NCBI GenBank assembly: GCA_951406725.2
Contig: OX597821.1
Span: 44,764,001-44,828,000, forward strand
Source: Octopus vulgaris
Taxonomy: Eukaryota
DNA: 64,000 nt
Direction: 5' to 3'
Shown: positions 25,615-38,795 of the stretch, piece after piece
Numbering within the stretch: position 1 is the stretch's first letter
Layout of the letters: every line of letters begins with the position of its first letter
Notes under the pieces: generated by a model
The model's database searches: none
The model's input: only the letters and a program-made list of their open reading frames with translations
Told to the model about the DNA's origin: nothing
Program-made: the position numbers and the translations under genes

Positions 25615-26920
25615 ACTCATCTTCATTTAGTGTCCTTTTTGCATACTGACATAGGTTTGACAGGAATTGGTAAACCAGAGAGCTGAATCAGGCACTAGTC
25701 TGGTTTGGCTTGGTTTTTACAGGTGGATACCCTTTCTAATACCAACTAATCCATAAAGTGTACTGGGTGCCTTGAACATGTCACCAGCACTGGCCAAGAC
25801 TACAATTTCACTTCACTTGACAGGTCTTCTCAAGCACAGCAAATCACCAAGTCTTAGCATCCAAAGATGATATTTCACCACCTCATCCCACGTCTTCATA
25901 GGTCTACTTCTTCCGTAGGGTCCCTCCACACTTAGATATCAGCACTCCTTTATACAGCAGTCTTCGTCCATACACATCACATGGCCATACCAGCACAGTC
26001 TTCTCTCTTGCACACCACATCTGATGCCTCTTATACCCAGTTTTTCTCTCTTAAGATACCTACACCGTCACATATGCACATCCAGCAGAGTATACTCGCT
26101 TCATTTCTTTCAAGCCTTCACATGTCCTCTGCAGTCACAACCCATGTTTCACTGCCATATAGCACTGCTGTTTGCACACAGGCATCATACAATCTGCCTT
26201 TCACTCTGAGAGAGAGGCCCTTTGTTACCAACAAAGGTAAAGATTCTCTGAACTTTTCCCAGTCCATTCTCATTCAAGCAACTATGCTCTCTGAGCATCC
26301 TCCTCCACAGCTTACAGAAGGTAACGGAAGCTACATACTACTTCTAAGCATCACCCCAGGCAGTTAACTATAATGCTGCTATACCAGTCATTGGTATGAC
26401 TACCTAGTGGACAACCTGATTAACTATACAGGTGACTAGACCATATCCCCCTCCACCAGGTATTTTGAGCACCTCAGCAGGGATTCCTGATGGGCCAGGG
26501 GCTTTCCCTGTCTTCATATCCTTAATTGCTTTATCTACCAAGCTACTATCTATTCAGATAGCTGGTCCACCTGTTGGATCCACAATAGGCAGACTTTCCT
26601 TCTCTCATGTGTTCACAACATTAAACAGCCTTTCATCGTAGCACACACTTCCAAGCCTCTTTCTTTGCAGAGTCACTAATGGCAAGTGAACCAGCATTCA
26701 TGTGAACTACATCATCAGAATTTTCCCTAACACACTGTCTTGCAAACCAAAACATCTCAAGCTGCTAATCCTCATACCACAGAACATTGACAAACTTCTT
26801 CCTTTCTGCTTCTTTCCTAGCTAAGTATACCTACCTCCTAACTTTCCTTCTAGCTACCTAATGTAGATCTTTGCTCTAATGGCCTGATCTACTACACTAT
26901 TCCACCACCATGTCACTCTA
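25615..26920 (-). mobile_element. RTE LINE relic, internally deleted (RT core missing)
   Basis: 3' UTR signature at 25615-25830, C-terminal ORF remnants at 25860-26310 and pre-RT region (MKTGKAPGPSGI) at 26380-26920. Homologous to 54115-56090. Confidence 0.8.
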
Positions 26921-27172
26921 TGTCTGGTTGGGACTTTGTACCAGTCAGAAATTTGGTCAGTGATTCTCAATATGTTTCACAGGAACTTCCAGTTGTTCTC
27001 TATATTACATGTCTGTATATGTATGTAATAAACTACTTAAATAAAACTATCCATTTTATCAGTTCTAAAAAAATTTCTGCTGATACTAATAACTTTATAT
27101 TTTCCTAAATATGATAAAAATATTTTGTTTCTTTCTTAGATTTATTTCTTTTTCGCACTAGCCTTTTTCCAA

Positions 27173-27335
27173 GCACCCACTACACTCTCGGTGTGGTCGG
27201 TGTTAGGAAGGGTATCAGCTGTAGAAACTCTGCCAGATCAAAATTGGAGCCTGGTGCAGCCATCTGGTTCGCCAGTCCTCAGTGAAATCGTCCAACCCAT
27301 GCTAGCATGGAAAGTGAATGTATGATGATGATGAT
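27173..27335 (+). mobile_element. RTE 3'-end repeat
   Basis: aagcacccactacactctcgg...gtccaacccatgctagcatggaaa plus (ATG)n. Confidence 0.8.
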
Positions 27336-27516
27336 TTAATAACTAGGTTATTAATAGGCCACAATTGTTCAAAAGACTGTAGTTCTCTATATACTGAATA
27401 TCAACAGTCTTGTATCATAATCCCATTCATATCATCATCATCACTGAACATCCATTTTTCCATACCTGTCTGGGTCAGACAAAATTCACTGAGGAAGATA
27501 TAGTCCTGGTCTGATA

Positions 27517-27706
27517 ATCATCATCATCATCGTTTAACGTCCGTTCTCCATGCTAGCATGGGTTGGACGGTTCAACCGGGGATCTGGGAAGCCAGAAGGC
27601 TGCACCAGGCTCCAGTCTTATCTGGCAATGTTTCTACAGCTGGATGCCCTTCCTAACGCCAACCACTCCGTGAGTGTAGTGGGTGCTTTTTACGTGCCAC
27701 CTGCAC
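27517..27706 (-). mobile_element. RTE 3'-end repeat (young)
   Basis: (CAT)n tail plus the family signature. Confidence 0.85.
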
Positions 27707-27743
<37 letters not shown>

Positions 27744-28649
27744 AATTTATATATTTGCATGCAAAGAGTTTGTGGTTAAAATAGAGATCAAATTAAATTT
27801 TCTACATTCAAACCTATTTAAGTGGCTGGGATACTCTCTTAATCATTGTATTACACAGCACCCATTCTTGATGGAAGCCGTTTTCTTAAGGTTATTACCA
27901 ATGGAAAACAAAATTTCATAAGATATCTAGAAAGCTAAATGTCCACCTCCATTATGAACTTTCAAAATTAGTGCAGTCTACATTTCATTCTACAAGAAAG
28001 ACATTGCAAAATTGATAAGTATTATAAACTACTTGACAATAAAATAGGATAAACTTCACCACACCACATTCTAAGAAGAAGGAGATACATTTTTTGTTTA
28101 AATCCTACAAAACATTAAAACTGATCTTTCTCTTGGAAAAAAGAAATGGTATAATTTAAGCATGAGGCAATAATAGTTTCTTTCTAAGCACAGCTTAAAA
28201 ATTACAAACCCACTAGACTAATAAATTGTTTGGACAATTTACAATTACAAATGAAAAACAATGTCTAAAAGTAGCTTCAGATTGAACCTAACAATAATCT
28301 TTCTCACATACATTACTCTGCTTTCTCTGCCGTTTGTTTTTCAACTACTTGCACAGGTGGTATTCATAAGAATTCTTTAAATACACTTCTAATTTAGTTT
28401 TTCTGTCCCAACAAAAATAAAACTGGTGCAGTTACCAACTCAGTATTTTGCACTTTTAGTGCAGGAATACTTCCTAGAATTTCTATTCTCTCTTTTAGTT
28501 ATCAGAACATTATAAAATAATCTAATGAAAGCTTCTAAAAGAAAAAAAGAAAATCAGATTTGTATTTTCAGATGGCGTTGAAGTTCAGATGAGAATTTAA
28601 TTATTGCTTTACACGTTAACTCTAGTCAAATTAATTATAAAACATATCA

Positions 28650-29092
28650 AATCAAATCAAATCAAAACAAATCAAAATAGATGAACATCAATGGAATTTG
28701 TATCTTTGTGGTACCAGTGCCGGTGGCACACAAGAAAACCATCCGAACGTGGCCGTAGCCAGTACCGCATCGACTGGCCTCCGTGCTGTGGGCACGTAAC
28801 AAACACCATCCGATCGTGGCCGTTCGCCAGCCTCATCTGGCACCTATGTCGGTGGCACATAAAAACACCATCCGAGCGTGGCCGTTCGCCAGCCTCGTCT
28901 GGCACCTGTGTCGGTGGCACATAAAATCACCCACTACACTCTCGGAGTGGTGGGCGTTAGGAAGGGCATCCAGCTGTAGAAACACTGCCAGATCTGACTG
29001 GCCTGGTGCAGCCTTCGGGCTCCCCAGACCCCAGTTGAACCGTCCAACCCATGCTAGCATGGAAAACGGACGCTAAATGATGATGATGATGA
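28650..29092 (+). mobile_element. RTE 3'-end repeat (young) with ~62-bp tandem units
   Basis: (AAATC)n head, four ggtggcac..aaaa..cacc motifs (~28722, 28790, 28851, 28913) and an (ATG)n tail. Confidence 0.85.
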
Positions 29093-32000
29093 TTTCAAAT
29101 GACAGAAGTGGTTAAGTGGCAAAATTATGAACATACATGCTGTTCTTACTGGTCCTCACTCTCACAAAAAGAAAAGAAAAATCAGCTATATTAATTAATA
29201 CCCTGTCTAAAGAGTTTTGATAAATAATATCAGTTGAATGCTTTTTTCACACTACATGAATGACAGACTTAACAAATTATCTATTACTGATTATTTTGCA
29301 AAAAAAAAAAAAAAAAAAAAATGATTTCTCCATTTCAATGTTGTCAGCTATATCTTTGTAACACATGGATATTACCCCTGTCCACTAATCAAAGCAGAAC
29401 TGAGAAGATCCATTTTACTGATGAGATGAAATAACTGAAATTGTGTCTGGGTGTCACTTAGCCAAATAGGAAACATCATATATATATATATATATAATTA
29501 TTTCAAGAGAGATATCCGGAGAAAGTGAAGCCTAGTATATTTGATAATAAGGACTGAAAACTGTTCATATGTAGGGAATGAGGTGTGATATACCTTTTAA
29601 AGAAATGGATAGTGAATCCTAATATATTCAGTAAGGAAGGTTCTTTAAGTTGAAAGTTGTTCATCAAAAATAAGGGATGAGGTGTGAGTTACCTTTGAAA
29701 AATATATTTCTATTTTGAAATTTAATTAGGAGAAACAGTACAGTTTTACATAAATGCTAATTTATCCTGTCCTTCCCTGACTGATTAACACAAAACTCCT
29801 TTTCAGCTTCTTTTAATGCCTTCAGTTCAGTTCCATGTGTAGCATGTATTACCATACTAAAGTGCCACAAGATCTATGCAACAATAAATCAGACTTTTCT
29901 GTGACTAGAAATGATAACAGGCTAAAGAAACTATTTTTACTCCCTCAGTTATATTTTTAAATAGCAACCCTTTACAGTTGCTTCAATAAAAATAGAAGGG
30001 GAATGACCTCCACATTATCATTGGGATTATACAGTGAAATACTGAATTAGCATATATATAACAGAAAATTCTAAAATATATGAAGGAAATGGAAGGCTAT
30101 ATCATGTGTTAATCCTGATAGAAAAGACCTATGATCAAGGATAGCCATGGCCTTCCTGTATTTCTCTATATTATCTAATAGCCCCCTCCTTTTTCAAGGA
30201 TTTAATTAGAATGAGAACTAGTGGTTATTTCTAGCAAACCAAACAATCGCATAGATGCTCCTATGTATCTCAGCTGTTATTGAGTCAGTCCTGACCAAGC
30301 CAATCTATATTCAAAAGTATTCCAACCTTATATAGGAATATACAAGACTATATTATCTGATGCATCCTTTCCTTATATCAGACAGGTTGGAAGGAGATTT
30401 GATTGCTATTTCAAGTATACGTAGAAGGTCTTGACAAGTTATTCACTAAGACAGAGATGATGGAATGAAATTTTTGAGGGACACCTACGTTGACGGGAAA
30501 GAGATTTTGCATTTGTTTCAGGGAGTTTAACCATGGAGTGTGAATACCAAACTTAGTCAGGGACCTTTACCTGAAGTTGCCCTAATAACTATTTATTCTC
30601 TTATCTTTAGAAATCCATGGTTTTGAAGATAAGTCTAGATCTATGATAGCTTCAAGCAATAATAACCACTATGAAGTGAAATGGAACGTAAAAAAGACAA
30701 ATTCATATTGTAGAAAAAAAGCATTGCATATAATGATTCTTCCTACCATCACTTCTTAAAAATCAAAGATGGGGGCGTAATGTGATCCAAAGGATCTTTC
30801 GTCTAGATCATAAATTTTTTTTTAAAAACTACAGAAAGATATTTTGGAAAATCCTGAATACATAAATTCACCATTTAAATAATTCAAACGTAGCCTTTAA
30901 ATACCAAATTTATATAATAGCTGTGATGCAACAGTTGAATATCGTTATAAAACCATGCGGTACCACTTATTTAGAAAGCAAGGTACCGCAATTTTAGAGA
31001 GTGACGCATTATGGCTGTTTATATATATATATATACACATACATATACACACACATACATACACACACGCATATCATGATTGACTTTCCTTTTTTTTTTT
31101 TTTTTTTTTTTGCAGTAATGCCATTTAGAATAAATTTCAAGAATAAATCTCTGAAGTCCCTGGCATGTTATTAAAATCCTATCAACGATATTTAAATCAT
31201 CAATAAATAGATTTTATGTCAAAGATGAAAATAAATGGGGGAATCGGAGCAAGTTGGGGAAGAGGGTAACGGTGTTTGCTAACTGGCAGAAATGAGATGA
31301 TTGGGTTTTGAATGTAGTAGATGTGTTTAATGAAAGTTAAGAGTAATGGTGTTATAATAAACTCAATTACAACTGTGGACAGATTTTTGTGTCTGGCTAT
31401 CTCAGTGATGTTTTTTTTTTTTTTTTTTTTTTTGTTAAGTCGGAATAAACACCAATACTTTTTGCTTATTTAAATTATCCGTAAAGTTTTACATTCCACG
31501 TTGATGATTATATTAGAAGGTAAGTAAACCTGCGATAATGAGTGGCTCAAACAGAAGGATTGCTTTTCAAAACTTCGGCTTTGAAAAAAAAATATTCTTT
31601 TATCAACCGAAAGAAATTCCGCACTTTATTTATATGACGACAATAACAAAAACCATTTCGATTATTCGTTCAAAATGTAATACTATAAATTTACATTAAA
31701 ATAAATTACAAACCGAATTTCCAAGGATGGAGATACAATTTTAGTAGCAACAACGTTTTTAGTAGCAACAACGTGGAGAAAAGGTGGTGTGATCTATTTA
31801 TATTTGCACCCTTCCTGACCCCCTGTATGAATGACTGATGCAACTGGCAGATAAATACACATCAAGAGAAAGGAGGGGGAATAAGGAAAATACCACCCCG
31901 AGCAACCCTACAGCTGACATTTATGATGACGTTCTCTCATAAATAGAAAGTAAAAAGAAAAACAAAATGCCTGGAAGGGAATATCTAAACTTGCTGGTTT

Positions 32001-32342
32001 AGAAAAATGGGTTGATTGAATAAAAATTGGAAATTTGATGTATTTCATATACTTAATGAATACAGCAGCAGATTTAAAATAGATGGTTTACTATATTTTT
32101 TTCCGGAAATTAGTAAACAAACTTTAAACTCAGTCACACTGTAACGATGATGGAGATGATTATGTATGCATATATATATATAACTATGCATATATATATA
32201 TAACTTTCTGTACACACACATTATATATTTGTGTGTGTATGTTTGCATAAGTATCGAGGTATTGGTGAGGATGGTAAAATAAAAAGTTTTCGGTTGAAAT
32301 TGAATAAAAAAAAAGGGTAAAAAAAAAAGCAACTCCACAAAC

Positions 32343-32480
32343 CTGAAAGTTGTTGTGTGACGGACAGCAGCAGCAAGTCTTAATTGAAGGAAATCGGTAA
32401 GGATGGCGGCGTCGGCGGTAGCGGGGGCAGGTGCTCGCTTTATGAACCAATCATCAACCTTCAACTATGGCTGGCTGGCA
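32343..32480 (-). promoter_or_regulatory. Candidate CpG/GC-rich promoter and non-coding first exon
   Basis: Non-repeat GC/CpG-rich patch (ggatggcggcgtcggcggtagcgggggc) with a YY1-like GCCGCCATCC and a minus-strand donor CAG|GTTTGT at 32343. Linkage to the gene is inferred. Confidence 0.45.
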
Positions 32481-35400
32481 GCAACTGAGAAACTTTTATA
32501 ATTGCACATCCCTTACAAAATCTGGCCAACATTTGTTATGGTTGCGAGAATATATATTTCTGCTTGACTGCAACAGAGTCGTAAATCAATGGTGAAAGTA
32601 ATTATTGTTTTGATAGAAACAGAGTAAGCAGAGAGTGAAAGTTTGATAAGAAGTTGACCTAAATAAACCAGTCTAATAAGAAACCAATCATAAATGGTCT
32701 TCCATAATTGAGTAAACGTGGAGATGGAGGCGGTAAGCAGGAAAATGAGAGACTGTTATTGTCAGATGAATGTCAGCGGGAGGGGTTTGTGTTTATTATA
32801 CAGAGATCAGGTGATGATGTTGTTGACAAATGTTACCATCGAAACCTACCCCATCTTTTACATATAATTATTTACTGTGTGTTTGAGTGCAATGACGAAT
32901 CAGGAACTGTACATTTTTGCATTCAACAAATTATTTTAACCCTTACCTTCCTGAAGAAAAAAAATAAACAACGTCATCCTCGATAAACAGTCTTTGAGGA
33001 AAAGGGTAGGGTGGCTGGAATATGTCTTTGATCATGCTTTGTTCATTCGGAGCTGGCATGAAAATACAGTAAAATATTATCAACAATGGCTTATTTCTCT
33101 TCATTCGTATATATTTACTCTTTATTTATTTTACTCGTTTAAATGTCAAAAAACTGTGTGCCCCAACATTAGGGCTGAAACATAAAAGAATAAGAATTAG
33201 GATTATTTCTCTATCATAATCAAATAGAATTAAAATAATATTGACAAATTGGTATACCATTATTTGCCTGCCATTTCTGCACACACACACACACACACAC
33301 ATTTATATTACACCCTTTCTTTTCCTTTTCATTTTCTTTTTTCCCTTTTGCTGAAATGGTCTAAAATATACGCACTAATCTTTCCGACTATATATATATT
33401 GAACGGTTCTTTTTCTTCCTATATTCTGTATTTTTTATTTAACCCCAGCCGGCATCTTGGCAATGATTCAGCAGATCTGTGATCTCCGACGTTGCAGCTT
33501 TCATCTGCAATCAGTGTATCTAACACAATTTTTAAAAACCTTATTCCTGCTCTTCCACCATTATACATAGTTAGTGGGATAGATTGATATCATATAATGT
33601 TAAATATATATCTATGATAGTTATACAGTGTGTGTGTGGGTTTGCATAGCCTGGTCACAGAACGTTTTGAATCTTAGTATGTCGCCTTGTGGAAGGTGGG
33701 ATCATATCGTTACATGCATTTAGGCATATCCATCTCTAGTTTGAGGATATCTTTCTCCCGACCAGTCTCAAATAAAGCTCCATGATCACAACCCATCCTC
33801 TAATTAAGTTATATAATAATAGTAATTGAATAATAATGATAATAATTTCTTTTATTAGTGACAGGAGCATGGATGACGGTGACATCACAAAAACAACAAT
33901 TTAGGCGAGCGTTTACATAAACGATAGGAAGAAAGAAATGTAAAAGACAGTGAAATGCGATAACAGTAAACATAACAATACAAAGTATGTAATGACATGA
34001 ATGATGCAGTCCTGAAACAGGAGAAACTCCAGCTAGGGCGAATCAAGGAACCCCCACTAATCCAGGGTTATCCTGACCACCTAAAGAATGAACCCTCCCT
34101 CTCCTACTCTCTGACCTACAAGCGCATATTTTGAGTAGGGTCATTCACCCTAAGCATTTTTGCCAGCTCCCTACCACAACCGAATATATAGGAATGAAAC
34201 TGTGTGCGTGTGTGTGTGCGCGCACCTTAACCATAACTTATATTTTCAAGTCCTGAAAGCTGAATATTCCCATATGTAGAAATTCGCACTATATTATCAG
34301 GTGAAAAGGAGATATTTATTAATCTTTGCTATTAAATTTTCGTTCAAATGATCTCACTAATATTTACAAATTCAATTATCTTTATAAAGAAAGCTGATTA
34401 ATTTGTTCCTTCCAGTTTACAATTCTAATAAGGAACTAAAAACAACTATAAGCAGCTAGAAATTTTCTATTTATATTTCTCTCTTAATATTTAGAACTCG
34501 CTGTTTATTCATACGGTCGAGCGTCGACCTTAAAGTAAAAGAGACGTGTTTACATTTTGAGTTCAAATCTTATCAAGGTCAAGTTTAACTTCAGATTCTT
34601 TTGTCGTAAGAGCATACGTGTTGTTTAGCTCGAGGTCAGCAGACCTGTAATCGAAAGTAATCCAACTGAGACCTTTTCTGTCTTTTAAGGGATATGCAAG
34701 ACGGCCACATTGACTAATGTGGTGTATTAAGACTGACGTGACGATTTGAGGGAGATTTTAGCTGCTATTTCTAACATATCAACTGACAACAAAGAGTCCC
34801 TTCTTTCTTTAGCTCCATGACGTCAATGGTCAGATAGACATATGATCTAAGATGCTCCACTTTTGACGTGAGGAGTTTTCGGCTGTTATTTCTGTACGAA
34901 GAGCATACTAAGGTTGATTATATAGCTCAGAATAAACCCTGTTAAGACTAAATAAAATACTAGGTCTTGGATTCTCTTGTGCGACATTACTTCAATACTT
35001 CCTTGAACTCCAGTTATTTGACTTCACTGACTGAAATCAGCATTTTTAAATATTTTTTCCTGTCTGAATATAGAAACTTTAATTTTCTTAACCAAAGTAC
35101 TGATTAGGTCATCTCTGATTACTAGCTTCATGCATTATTAATTTCTTAACTTTCATACATGTCGGGCAATTCGTCGTTTCTTATCATCCATCACAATGGT
35201 TATATTTATCGTCATTGCTTCTTTTCCTTTTTTTAAATTCTTTTGGTTAAACAAAAATTCTGTTTCTGATAGAGTTATAGCTTTTCGACTGGAGGTCATG
35301 TGTATAGGCACTAACTGTCGCAATTTGGGGACCGCTTTAACCGATTAATAGGCCCCGGGCCAGTTCCTGACATACTTTATTTTATAGGCCCCTGCAACAA

Positions 35401-36904
35401 TGAAAACAACAATTAACCACGGTGGGATTTGAACTAAGCGTAACGGTTTGCAACTTAACAATTAGAGACAGACTTCCTTCTCCGTGCCCGAAAACTGGGG
35501 TTTCTGTAAAAATAAAATAAAATAAAAATAAGAGAGGAGGGTACAAAAGGAAGTCTTTCCACGATTAGAATATATCAATTGCCAACGAAAAAAGGTTTCA
35601 ATAATTTATTTCTGTAAACAAAAACAAAAAAATTCAAGCATAAAACACCGCCTACTTTCACAATTAAGAATTATCCTGCACTAATTTAGTTTAGAGAAAC
35701 ATTTTTCAGTTATTCTGGCTCGTTAGAAGTTTGCATGTATTTCCTTTAAAAAAAAATCAAAAGTTTGCTTATATATTTTCTAAATATTAAAACTTGTATT
35801 AAAATATTGTTTTTGTAAAACTGATACGAAAAGAAATATGTATGCAGATTGGGACAAAAACGGTAAATTGAAGGGAGTGACGCGGCCTTTTTTTAGAGAC
35901 CCAAATCTCTCTCATACTACATACTGTGGTCTTAAAAGAATGCAGTAGATAATGTTATTCTGGATGGTGTGTAAATTTTGCTTGAGAAAGGCATGGGTTA
36001 GTCACAGCTGGAACATTTTTAATCACAGGTCTACTGAGTTAGACATTAACTTCGCAACTGTCGCATCACATAGCATCATCTTTTCATTTGATTTATTACT
36101 TATAATTATGAATAACATTTAGTTGATTCTTGTTCAAACCTTTAATTTAATTGTAATTGAAAAACTTGAAAAACATAGCAGGGTAAAAACTGTTTGCTTT
36201 TCTTCTACAATAATAAGATACCGCAGAAATATAATAATTAAATTTATTACACAACGAAGGTAATCAGTAAAAAATGGTAAAGGAAATATAAATTATATAG
36301 AAAGTTGTTTAGTCATAGGTCGGCATTGACTAATCAGATCGATGAGTAAAGGTATGCTAGCCATGACCATCAATCCATCTCTCGGCCACTAAGACTACAT
36401 TAATCAACGTGCGCTTTCTTTTTTAAGACGGTAAGGTGTAGTTATTTTCTACAGATCGAATGACCATGTAGAAGCTGCTTCATTATTTAGAAAGCTCTTA
36501 TTATTGTAATGAAATACGAAATGGTTGGATATTTTTTTTCCTCTTGTTTATGTTGCAGACATAAAGTATCGACGCAATAATAATAATCGACCATTATTCG
36601 CAGATGCATGAGAGCCGATTTTGAATTACTGTATTTCCCGTCCTCGAGGACGCACCTTAATTTTTTGGAGAAAAAAAATAAACATAAAATAAGGTCCCGG
36701 CACTTCGGATCTTGTCACCTTTACAGATGCAATGAAAAAAAATCAATGTAACATCCAGCACACCACTTAAAATGTTACTAGCATTTACTTTGGTTGTTTG
36801 TCTAACACTTATTTGCACTATCCCTTGCGTTGGCTAACCGTGACTGTCTCCTGTTGTGACCCCCACACTCGCTTCTGTAAAACTAACAAAAGGCAGCACT
36901 CACC

Positions 36905-36998
36905 GGCGAAGGTACAGAATACGCACACCCGGTGTTTAGGGTTAGGGTTAGGGTTACGCCGAAAACGGATGGTGTGCGTATTCTTTACCTCCATCGCC
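36905..36998. mobile_element. 94-bp MITE with (TTAGGG)3 core and 6-bp TSD
   Basis: TIR ggcga-aggta-c-agaatacgcacacc / ggtgtgcgtattct-t-tacct-cca-tcgcc; TSD ctcacc (36899-36904, 36999-37004). Confidence 0.75.
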
Positions 36999-37106
36999 CT
37001 CACCTACTTTACTAATGTTTTGTGGGACCGTCAGTACAGAGACATGGTGTGGTAAGTTTACGCCTAGCGTCATGTAGCCACTGTAATGACTGAAACTACA
37101 CTACGA

Positions 37107-37362
37107 CAGGGATGGATTCAGAGGCGGGGAGGACATGGAGATACACCCCCACCCACCAAGAAACTTTTCAAATTTGACTGTTTTGTTTAGATATGGAAAA
37201 CATATTTTCGTACCAGCAACAAACAACCCTTGAATGGTTCAGTATAAAAATTAATTTTTTCGGTATCTCAGAACATATTACACTGTCATTTCACTAATCA
37301 ATTACAATGAAGCAAACCTCAGACCCACCCACCCCCACCAGAATTTTCTGGAATCACTTCTG
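37107..37362. mobile_element. hAT-like MITE
   Basis: Termini CAGGGATGGATTCAG / CTGGAATCACTTCTG. The 8-bp flanks cactacga and tgctacaa are both derivable from cgctacga by CpG decay. Confidence 0.55.
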
Positions 37363-38011
37363 TGCTACAATACTCCAATTCGACTATTCATTGTTCAGCT
37401 CAGCAGTGATTTTTATCTTCATGTGTTTCGTCAGGAAGGTTCTTGGCCAATAGTGTCTCAGTTCATGCAAGTGGACGGGGCTACAGCTGGTGCAATATTT
37501 TAAGATTTTGGCAGTATTGGATGTAGACTTTCAGTACTTTTTTTGTCCCAGACAATGGAAAAACTAAACTCCACGATCGAAAAACTATTGTGAGAAATAC
37601 GGAATAACATTTTATTGCACAGTTACACTTTGTAAAAATACACATGAACATGACATCCCAAATAGAACAATATCAAAATGAAATAAAGATTACAGTAAAA
37701 TCTATACACAAAAAAATATTCTAATCATAAAACCCTGAAAATATTTTGCTTATAGCTAGAATAATATACAAGTACCACACAAACATGACATCCTAAATAG
37801 AACAAAATAAAAACAGAACACAGATTAAAATCTACACTGTTGAAATATTACAAGAAAACATTTTAATCTTCAAATCCTGAAAATATTTCACGTTATTACC
37901 ATTTGTAAAAATTTCACACGGACATGACAAAACAAAAGTTGCAATTAAATAACAATGGAAAAAGATTAAAACGTGTGCAAATATTAAACGTACGAGTGTA
38001 AGGAAAATATT

Positions 38012-38793
38012 TCACTCTTCAAATCCTGAAAACTGACTGCAGTCATCCATAGCCCCAAAACCAGAAAAATCATCAGGGTTATCAATACTGTCCAAAGTGT
38101 CACTATCTTCAAACAGAATGTCATCTCATGTGTCATCTAATGCATTACTGGTGCCACATTTTAAAAAAAGATATTACTCCTACTTCAATTTTCACGGCGC
38201 TCCATGATTTCTGGACCCACTCGCTCACCTGAGCAACTGTTGGCCTTTACAAACAACCTTTTGATGTCAGGTCATGGTCCTTGGCTCTCATCCACTGATT
38301 CCACCCTTCTTTCATAAATGCCTTAAAAGGTTTGTCAATTGATACGTCCAGTGGTTGTAAATGGCTTGTTAAACTACTAGGGATCACTGCCCTTTTCGTT
38401 TTCAATTTCTGCACTCTTTCATTGTTTTGTGAGCACAAAACTGGTTCCACACAAGAAGGGATAGTTTTTTAAGAAGGCCACCGGAACACCTGGCCCAGAC
38501 CTTATCTAGCCATAACTTCACTCCCTCTTCATCCATCTACCCCTTTGCACCCAAAGGTGCAAAAATGTTAACAAAAATTCCATGTTGAATTTTGTCTTTT
38601 GATAAAGTTTTGTTCCATCCGCACAGCACGATAGTACCACAGTATAATGGGTTTCTCATGTCCAGATGTCTTTACACTTACGGTTTTGGACCCTTTAACA
38701 TCCACTGTTCTATTTGATACCACATCAAACTTTAGTGACACCTCATCAATGTTTTCGATCTGACCCAGTTCGTAGTCAGTCTCTTTTCTTGCA
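38012..38793 (-). pseudogene. pogo-family transposase, C-terminal DDE part
   Basis: ARKETDYELGQIENIDEV, VVLSCCADGTKL, LTSHLQPLDVSIDKPFKAFMK and the acidic tail FSGFEE*; frameshifted. Confidence 0.88.
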
Positions 38794-38795
38794 CT

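Larger units (their letters stand above)
36630..37602. mobile_element. Non-autonomous pogo/Tigger-like element hosting two nested MITEs
   Basis: TA|CTGTATTTCCCGT..GACGCACC at the left end and GTGAGAAATACGG at the right end, i.e. degenerate CCGTATTTCYC termini. Confidence 0.45.

Noticed and set aside
28715-28935. Repeat-spacer appearance suggesting a CRISPR array
   Set aside because: The whole units are homologous tandem repeats inside a eukaryotic retroposon; there are no unique spacers or cas genes.
32045-32464. 139-aa minus-strand ORF at the GC island
   Set aside because: TTG start; it runs through a donor site into low-complexity intron-like sequence.
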